From: Bacteroidales bacterium
GTDB lineage: Bacteria; Bacteroidota; Bacteroidia; Bacteroidales; UBA932
Direction: 5' to 3'
NCBI GenBank assembly: GCA_015060245.1
Contig: SUYU01000013.1
Coordinates: 6,538-70,537, forward strand
Length of the DNA stretch: 64,000 nt
Below, one piece after another: positions 58,072 to 64,000 of the stretch; position 1 is the first letter of the stretch, and the number at the start of each line of letters is the position of its first letter. Under the pieces are notes generated by a model, which saw only the letters and a program-made list of their open reading frames with translations, was not told where the DNA came from and did no database searches. The translations under genes and the position numbers were made by a program.

Positions 58072-59898
58072 TTATTTAAAATTTTGCAATTCACACAAAT
58101 GGGAGTACAATCCCTTGTTGTTTAAAAGTTCATTATGTTTTCCCCTCTCAATTATCTCGCCCTTCTGCAGAACTACAATCTCATCTGCATTCTGTATTGT
58201 TGACAATCTGTGGGCTATGACAATGGAGGTCCTGTTCTTCATCAAATTGTTGAGTGCATCCTGCACGAGTCTCTCGCTCTCCGTATCAAGTGCCGATGTA
58301 GCCTCATCAAGAATAAGGATAGGCGGGTTCTTGAGCACTGCACGTGCAATTGCGAGCCTCTGACGCTGTCCGCCGCTCAATTTGGTACCCCTGTCGCCTA
58401 TATTGGTATCATACCCGTTCTCCATCTCCATAATGAAGTTATGGGCATTGGCTACCTTGGCTGCATTTATGACATCCTCCCTGCTCACATTCTCCATACC
58501 GAAGGTTATATTGTTGTAAACGCTGTCGTTGAAGAGGATGGCCTCCTGAGTAACGATACCCATAAGCGAGATGAGGCTCTCCATGCTGTACTCCTTTATA
58601 TTCCTGCCGTCCAATAGGATTTCGCCGCCTGTAACATCATAAAAACGCGGCAACATGTCGGCCATGGTTGATTTTCCGCCTCCCGACGGCCCTACAATAG
58701 CCACTGTCCGGCCCCTTGGTATTACAAGATTTATATCCTTGAGTACAGGCTCCTGAGCATAGGCAAAATTTACTCCTCTGAACTCGATTCCCTCCTTGAA
58801 CTCCTTTATCTCCACCGGTGCTGCTGACTCCTTGACCGGATTGTCCACATCCAGAATGGCAAAGAGCCTGTTGCCCGAAACCATACCCCTCTGGATACTT
58901 GCATAGGCATTTGACATAGCCTTGGCAGGCTCAAGCACCCTCCAGTAAAAACTTATATACACCACAAACTCCGGAATACCCATTCCCAACTGGCCGTGGA
59001 TCTGCAGCCATCCGCCATAGAAAAGCACTGCAGCAGCAACTGTAATTCCCAAAAATTCAGAGAGAGGTGAGGCAAGTTCCTGTCTGTTAAACATGGCCAT
59101 ACTGCTCTCCCGGTGCTCCACATTTGTCTTTTCAAACGATGCATTCACATAGTTCTGCGCATTGAAGGCCTTTATTATCCTTATACCCGAAATGGCCTCC
59201 TCGAAATGGGTCACAATCCGCCCCATCAAAGACTGGGTCTCAACAGCCTTGCGCTTGAGGTAACGGCTTATGCGTCCAATCACGATTGCCGAGAAAGGGA
59301 GTGTAAGCAAGGTAACAAGGGTAAGCCTTGGCGACATATAGAAAAGGCCCACCAGAAAACCTATTATAAGAAGCGGTTCCCTGAAGAGCACATGAAAACT
59401 GTTTGCAACACCATTCTGCACCTCAGTCACATCATTTGATATGCAGGAGAGGATATCTCCCTTTTTCTGGTCACTGAAATACCCAACATTCAGGCTTGAA
59501 ATCTTGTTGAAAAGTGCCCTGCGGATATTGAGCATTATATATGTACGCATATTTACAAGAATGCGCTGCGACAGATACCTGGTAAGGTTTGAGAGGAACG
59601 AGGCAAAAATGAAGATTCCGCATACGAACATGAGCGCCTTGAGTACACCAAAATCCTGCATTATGTAAGTAAGGCCATACCTGAAGAGTTCCTGAAAATA
59701 CTCCGGTGTAAGCGAGAACTCGGGCACCACCAATTGCTGCTTTATATTTGACGGATCAAACAGGACCGTAATAAGCGGACCTATAAGGGCATAATTCAAA
59801 ACTCCAAAAATCACAGAAAATATTGACAAAACCAGATACCCCGGCCAGAATCGGCTGAAGGGTTTTGCAAATGCCATAAGTCTCTTGAATGACTCCAT
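58072..59898 (-). CDS. ABC transporter permease/ATPase, MsbA-like exporter
   Basis: Six-TM domain, Walker A GPSGGGKST, signature LSGGQRQR, Walker B ILILDEATSALD. The Met at 59898 (MESFKRL) is preferred. Confidence 0.9.
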   Translation of the reverse strand: MESFKRLMAFAKPFSRFWPGYLVLSIFSVIFGVLNYALIGPLITVLFDPSNIKQQLVVPEFSLTPEYFQELFRYGLTYIMQDFGVLKALMFVCGIFIFASFLSNLTRYLSQRILVNMRTYIMLNIRRALFNKISSLNVGYFSDQKKGDILSCISNDVTEVQNGVANSFHVLFREPLLIIGFLVGLFYMSPRLTLVTLLTLPFSAIVIGRISRYLKRKAVETQSLMGRIVTHFEEAISGIRIIKAFNAQNYVNASFEKTNVEHRESSMAMFNRQELASPLSEFLGITVAAAVLFYGGWLQIHGQLGMGIPEFVVYISFYWRVLEPAKAMSNAYASIQRGMVSGNRLFAILDVDNPVKESAAPVEIKEFKEGIEFRGVNFAYAQEPVLKDINLVIPRGRTVAIVGPSGGGKSTMADMLPRFYDVTGGEILLDGRNIKEYSMESLISLMGIVTQEAILFNDSVYNNITFGMENVSREDVINAAKVANAHNFIMEMENGYDTNIGDRGTKLSGGQRQRLAIARAVLKNPPILILDEATSALDTESERLVQDALNNLMKNRTSIVIAHRLSTIQNADEIVVLQKGEIIERGKHNELLNNKGLYSHLCELQNFK

Positions 59899-59899
59899 A

Positions 59900-60199
59900 C
59901 TACTTTTCCTCCTCAAAATCTATATATTCACCCATATTCTTCTCAATGACCTTCTCCTTCTGCTCCATTGTGGTAACAGTTACCTTTCCCTCCTGCTCCT
60001 TGCTGCGCTTCACCTCATCCTCACTGTTCTGTGCCCCTGTATACATGTTTCCAAAGGCCGAGCCGTTGAATCCGCCGAATGAAGCCCCGCCGTTCTTCAT
60101 CTTGCGCTTGAGATACCATGTAAGTACAAGCGGAAAGAATTTGGCCAGCAACCATCCGGAAACGAATATGAATATCAATAGTGTTAAAATGAACTCCAT
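59900..60199 (-). CDS. small membrane protein of unknown function (possibly DUF4834-like)
   Basis: One N-terminal TM helix, then a Gly-rich segment and a K/E-rich tail. Its start overlaps the stop of the 768-aa ORF and its own stop abuts the ABC exporter start. Confidence 0.5.
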   Translation of the reverse strand: MEFILTLLIFIFVSGWLLAKFFPLVLTWYLKRKMKNGGASFGGFNGSAFGNMYTGAQNSEDEVKRSKEQEGKVTVTTMEQKEKVIEKNMGEYIDFEEEK

Positions 60200-62505
60200 T
60201 ACTGTACTTTTCTTGTTTTACCTGTTTTAAGATTCACAATGAACTCCTTGCCATCCTTGCCGGTAACCCTTATCTCATCTCCACCCTCCAGGTCAATCTG
60301 GCTCTCATTGCTTATTACACGCTTCTTGTCCTTTACCTCTACCTCCGTTCCATCCATCCTGTAGATGCGTGTTCTGAAAACACTCTTCAAAATTATATAA
60401 TTTTCACCGTTTATTTCCTTTATGTCAGGCAACTCCTTCACAAACTCCGGAGCCTTTATATGCAGCCCCTTCAGGCTCTTCTTTCTCTCCAGATTGTACA
60501 ACGACACCGAGTTGTCTTCGTTGAGCACAAAGAACTTATACTCCTTATTCCCTTTCAGGTCAAAGAGTTTTGGACCCAACAATACCCTCTTCTCAAGTTT
60601 CACCGGAAAGTCCCTTACCATCCTTGCCATTCTGTCAAGCAGGTAGAGTCTGTCTTCCGAGGCAAAAATCATCTGCAGTTTGCCGTTCTGGAAGAAATCA
60701 ACCTGGTCAATCACGCCGCATACAGGTGTTTCAAACGGAATTGCCCAGATGCCCTTTTTGGCACCGCTCATCAACCGTATCTTATTGTTCGGCAACTGCT
60801 CCACGAAGAGTTTTTCACCCTTCACATGATCCCTTATCTCAAACGGACCCTTGCCTACAACAATTGTGCTGTCAATGTATATAGTGTTGTCAACACTCTC
60901 CTCCCGAGGCTTTTCATGCGGCATTTGGGCCAGTCTTGAAGCATGAAACTCCACTTGAGCCACAACATCCGCCCCCTCAACTCCTATATTGAGCGCCGCA
61001 ACCTCAAAGTTGTTGTACTCTGTACTGCGTGCAAAAAGGTTCCTGTAGTATGGTTTGACCGTCTGGAGCAGGCTGTCGGGACTCTCCTTTATATTTGCAA
61101 TTACCTTAACCACTCCCTGGCTACCTGTAAAACTCTTCAACGGAGTCTGGTCAAACCAATAGTCGAATGTCGTATAGTTGGCATTGCCAAGGGCAAACTC
61201 CGCAAGGATGTCAGTCGGGCCAATAATACTCCAGCCTCCACCCAAGTCGCAGATACTCTCTTCGTTGCAATGCGAAAAGATTTCTCCGAATACCGACTCG
61301 AGATACCCTTTGTACTCATAATCCTGCACCTGGGGCACCTTTTTCTTGTCAATCACGCTTGCCACCACATTGCCAAGGCCAAAAGAGGACTCGCCCCTGA
61401 CAAACGTGAGCCACTCATGCCTGTCGCCAAACTTGCAGTAGGCCGCAACAAGTTCCTTTGCGCCCAACGAATCTGCATACTCCAAAGGGGTCATCTTGCC
61501 CTCAATGCCAACAATATGCTGTTTGTATTTGTATCCCGAGAGTTTTTTGTGCACCTCAAGGAAGAGTTGGTGCGCCTTGGAATAACTCTGGAAATCAGAC
61601 AATAGAATACTTGCGCAAAAGAGTGTCTGGGCAGGCAGCACACTTCCCATCTCTGATTTGCCGTTCTTCTGGCCCATCAGTTCCGTTGACTGATACTTCT
61701 CCTCCCTGTCATTGCCCAATGCTCCATCAAGTTTAAGCACGCCATTTTCATAACTCATGTCAAAAGAACTCCATGAGGCATACCGCAATACAAAATCTGA
61801 ATATTTGAGGAACTGGCGCATGACAACGCCCGAAAAGAATTTTCCAATCTGATGATGGTTTATATAGAGTGCCTTCTTTCCACCACGCTTTGCGTAAAGA
61901 GAGGCAAAATCAACATTGTCAAGTATGGAGGTACCGTTGTCCATATGCCTGATTACACTCTCCACCAAAAAGGAAGAGGTACTCATTACAAGAATGTTGT
62001 TACATAGGGCAACATTGAGTGTATCGTTGAACCTGTAGATGTCTGTATAGTTATACTTTCTCTTTCTGCCCTGAAGGAACGGCAACACCTCAGCAGCACT
62101 CCTGCCCTCGGGGTTTATGCCCGACAAATCAGTAAATGCAAGCACCGAAACATCATTCTTTGATGAGTAGTGGAGCGACAGCACCAACGGAAGTTCCTGC
62201 TGCGGAAACATCTCCGCTATCCTGCTCTGGAGCCTTGAGACCGGATGCCGCTCATCCACAAGCCTGTAGGCAAACGAGAGGGTATCATTGAGCATGGGCA
62301 TGAACTCTCCGGCAGTCCCGATATCAAAAACCGCCACAGCATCACTTGGAATGGCCCTGCACAACTCCCCTGAGCCCGAAAGAACACCCTTTCCGGCACC
62401 ATCCCCTTTCCCTCCAAAGAGGCTTATAAAAAATATTGCTATTACAACTATCAGCAACACAGCCGTCAACGAGCCGTATATCAATAGTTTTCTATTGTTT
62501 GTCAT
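60199..62505 (-). CDS. large membrane-anchored protein of unknown function (768 aa)
   Basis: Long uninterrupted ORF with an N-terminal TM helix (LLIYGSLTAVLLIVVIAIFFISLF). I recognise no motif. Confidence 0.6.
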   Translation of the reverse strand: MTNNRKLLIYGSLTAVLLIVVIAIFFISLFGGKGDGAGKGVLSGSGELCRAIPSDAVAVFDIGTAGEFMPMLNDTLSFAYRLVDERHPVSRLQSRIAEMFPQQELPLVLSLHYSSKNDVSVLAFTDLSGINPEGRSAAEVLPFLQGRKRKYNYTDIYRFNDTLNVALCNNILVMSTSSFLVESVIRHMDNGTSILDNVDFASLYAKRGGKKALYINHHQIGKFFSGVVMRQFLKYSDFVLRYASWSSFDMSYENGVLKLDGALGNDREEKYQSTELMGQKNGKSEMGSVLPAQTLFCASILLSDFQSYSKAHQLFLEVHKKLSGYKYKQHIVGIEGKMTPLEYADSLGAKELVAAYCKFGDRHEWLTFVRGESSFGLGNVVASVIDKKKVPQVQDYEYKGYLESVFGEIFSHCNEESICDLGGGWSIIGPTDILAEFALGNANYTTFDYWFDQTPLKSFTGSQGVVKVIANIKESPDSLLQTVKPYYRNLFARSTEYNNFEVAALNIGVEGADVVAQVEFHASRLAQMPHEKPREESVDNTIYIDSTIVVGKGPFEIRDHVKGEKLFVEQLPNNKIRLMSGAKKGIWAIPFETPVCGVIDQVDFFQNGKLQMIFASEDRLYLLDRMARMVRDFPVKLEKRVLLGPKLFDLKGNKEYKFFVLNEDNSVSLYNLERKKSLKGLHIKAPEFVKELPDIKEINGENYIILKSVFRTRIYRMDGTEVEVKDKKRVISNESQIDLEGGDEIRVTGKDGKEFIVNLKTGKTRKVQ

Positions 62506-62530
62506 CAGAATAACCCTAAATTAAGAGGTA

Positions 62531-62538
62531 CAAATATA
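62531..62538 (-). promoter_or_regulatory. candidate -7 box (TATATTTG) for the 768-aa ORF operon
   Basis: The minus strand matches TAnnTTTG, 26 nt upstream of the ATG at 62505 and just after the terminator at 62573-62603. Confidence 0.4.
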
Positions 62539-62572
62539 CTCCTTTTTTCATAAATACTCATTACATTAAACG

Positions 62573-62603
62573 AAAAAGGCTGTACCAGAAAACTGATACA
62601 GCC
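62573..62603 (-). terminator. rho-independent terminator after the OB-fold gene
   Basis: Minus strand: GGCTGTATCAG-tttt-CTGGTACAGCC (one mismatch) followed by TTTTTCGTTT. Confidence 0.7.
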
Positions 62604-62629
62604 TGTTTCTCCATTATACTTATTGGATA

Positions 62630-63022
62630 CTAAAACGGCAAATCGCCTTCGCCGTCGGCTCCGGCGCCAATGAACGGATCTGAAGACCCGCTGCCCGAAC
62701 CATATCCGGCACCCATACCAGGATCCTGTACAGGAGCACCGGCAGGCATGTCACGCTGGATTCTCCAAGCCCTCACATCTGTATACCAGCGGCCGTTGAA
62801 CTCACGCGACTCAATATTCACCGAGATGTTCAACACCTCGCCTACAGCGTATACCTGCAGTTCAGAGACCTTGTCATCGCCCCAGACATTCATGCAGATC
62901 TTGCGTGGATACGTCTCCACAGTCTCTACAATAAAGTTCTGTTTGCGCCAAGGACCTCTGGCACTGTTACCGCTCTCTACCTGCAGTTTCTCAATAAGTT
63001 TACATTTTATATCAACTGCCAT
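62630..63022 (-). CDS. OB-fold-like protein (DUF3127-like) with a Gly-rich linker and an SSB-like C-terminal tip
   Basis: About 95-aa globular N-terminus, then PAGAPVQDPGMGAGYGSGSGSSDPFIGAGADGEGDLPF. Confidence 0.55.
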   Translation of the reverse strand: MAVDIKCKLIEKLQVESGNSARGPWRKQNFIVETVETYPRKICMNVWGDDKVSELQVYAVGEVLNISVNIESREFNGRWYTDVRAWRIQRDMPAGAPVQDPGMGAGYGSGSGSSDPFIGAGADGEGDLPF

Positions 63023-63027
63023 GGCAA

Positions 63028-63750
63028 TTATTTTTTCTCCTCTTTAGGAACTGCTTTGTAAACTTTTACAAGTTCTACATCAAATACCAATGTAGAGTAT
63101 CCAGGAAGTTCAGGACCCATAGGACGTGGACCGTAACCCAACTCAAATGGTACCCAAAGTTTGATTTTACCGCCTTCGCCAACAAGTTGCATACCCTCAG
63201 TCCAGCCTTTGATAACTCTGTTTAGAGGGAATTTTGCAGTCTCGCCTCTCTTGTAAGATGAATCGAACTCAGTACCGTCAAGCAATGTACCTACATAGTT
63301 TACCTCAACAGTATCCTGCGCAGTAGCCTTGATCTCCTCGTTGCCGGCAGCCTCTATCTTGTACTGCAAACCGCTCTCTGTTACCTGTACGCCCTCATTC
63401 TTCTTGTTCTGCTCAAGGAATGTTGCCTGCTCTGCCTCTTTCTGTTTTGCCATTGCAGTCTCTGCAGCAATCATATAGCCTTGAATGATCTGGCCAACCT
63501 TCTGACGGTCAATTTTAAGGCTGTCACCATTCAAAACAGCAAACATACCCTTCTGCATTTGTGCAAAATCAATGCAGTTCATGTTTGATGATTTAAGCAT
63601 CTCACCAAAAGAGATACCTACTGCGTAACTTACTGAGTCAATCTGGCCATCTGTAATGCCAGGCAACTTCTCAAATTTTGGAGCATTGCTGCAGGAAGCA
63701 AACATAAGAGCCCCCAAAGCGCAAATTGTCAATGTTTTTAATGTTTTCAT
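63028..63750 (-). CDS. FKBP-type peptidyl-prolyl cis-trans isomerase lipoprotein
   Basis: Lipobox MFASC, Mip-like N-terminal helix, and an FKBP domain (VNYVGTLLDGTEFDSS, LVFDVELV). Confidence 0.9.
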   Translation of the reverse strand: MKTLKTLTICALGALMFASCSNAPKFEKLPGITDGQIDSVSYAVGISFGEMLKSSNMNCIDFAQMQKGMFAVLNGDSLKIDRQKVGQIIQGYMIAAETAMAKQKEAEQATFLEQNKKNEGVQVTESGLQYKIEAAGNEEIKATAQDTVEVNYVGTLLDGTEFDSSYKRGETAKFPLNRVIKGWTEGMQLVGEGGKIKLWVPFELGYGPRPMGPELPGYSTLVFDVELVKVYKAVPKEEKK

Positions 63751-63767
63751 CTTTAAAATTTATTAAG

Positions 63768-64000
63768 TTAATTAGATTCTTTTTTACAGGTCAAGTACAT
63801 GGCTGCAAGTCCAAGCAGTGCCGCCAGTGTTGATGTAATGAGGATTGTAGCCTTTCCAAGATTTATAAGGTCAATATCATTGAATGCCAATGAGTCAATG
63901 AAGATTGACATTGTAAAGCCTATACCTGCAATCATACCCAAGGCCCATACCTGTTTCCACTTTGTACCCTGTGGCAGTTCTGCAATCTTCAACTTCACCG
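63768..64000 (-). CDS. nhaA: Na+/H+ antiporter NhaA, C-terminal part only (the gene runs off the window)
   Basis: GIGFTMSIFI motif; the frame stays open to the window end. Confidence 0.8.
   Translation of the reverse strand, partial: VKLKIAELPQGTKWKQVWALGMIAGIGFTMSIFIDSLAFNDIDLINLGKATILITSTLAALLGLAAMYLTCKKESN

Noticed and set aside
1-64000. Search for tRNA, rRNA, tmRNA, riboswitch-like leaders, IS elements and prophage genes
   Set aside because: No intergenic gap holds a cloverleaf-like ~75-nt sequence with a GTTCRA T-loop. The gaps are short, or are accounted for by promoters, terminators and the repeats described above. No transposase-like or phage-like ORFs were seen. This is a by-eye scan, so small ncRNAs cannot be excluded.

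Overview
This is a Bacteroidota (Bacteroidales-like) chromosomal segment. The lineage call rests on a murF-less dcw cluster with a Bacteroidetes-type FtsL-like gene, a fused FeoA-FeoB, many lipobox lipoproteins, and TAnnTTTG-type -7 promoter boxes. About 80% of the window is tightly packed housekeeping genes. Plus strand, 1-27.4 kb: adk (partial), obg, a PAP2 phosphatase, lplA, then a minus-strand acyltransferase/hpf/xerC-like trio, feoAB plus an untracked 46-aa Cys-rich partner ORF, an M23 lipoprotein (minus), the full dcw cluster mraZ-rsmH-ftsL-ftsI-murE-mraY-murD-ftsW-murG-murC-ftsQ-ftsA-ftsZ, and gltX. Minus strand, 40-64 kb: a TonB-C-like protein, udk, asnS, an SGNH hydrolase, a GHL10-like protein, alkaline phosphatase, an exbB/exbD cluster, ansA, tatD, dprA, queA, truB, rpiB, an S41 peptidase, dCMP deaminase, an acyl-CoA ligase, an MsbA-like ABC exporter, two unknowns, an OB-fold protein, an FKBP and partial nhaA. 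The exception is a visibly A/T-richer, all-minus-strand accessory block at about 27.6-40.0 kb. It holds six paralogous lipoproteins of the Bacteroidales '6-bladed beta-propeller / BF3164-like' type (recognised by eye, not searched). Five of them share a near-identical ~110-nt 3' end. Three small exported proteins, each with two CxxC knuckles 23-26 aa apart, are interleaved with them. Two tandem mosaic paralogs of a lipobox-TPR-TM-HTH one-component regulator sit at the head of the block, each followed by three phased GTTTGACA boxes and a -7 promoter box. I consider this block the best candidate for an undescribed system; its function is unknown. Secondary oddities are a ~245-nt almost pure homopurine spacer with perfect tandem duplications between rsmH and ftsL, and an OB-fold protein ending in an SSB-like ...DLPF tip. 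I found no tRNA, rRNA, CRISPR array, transposase or prophage genes.
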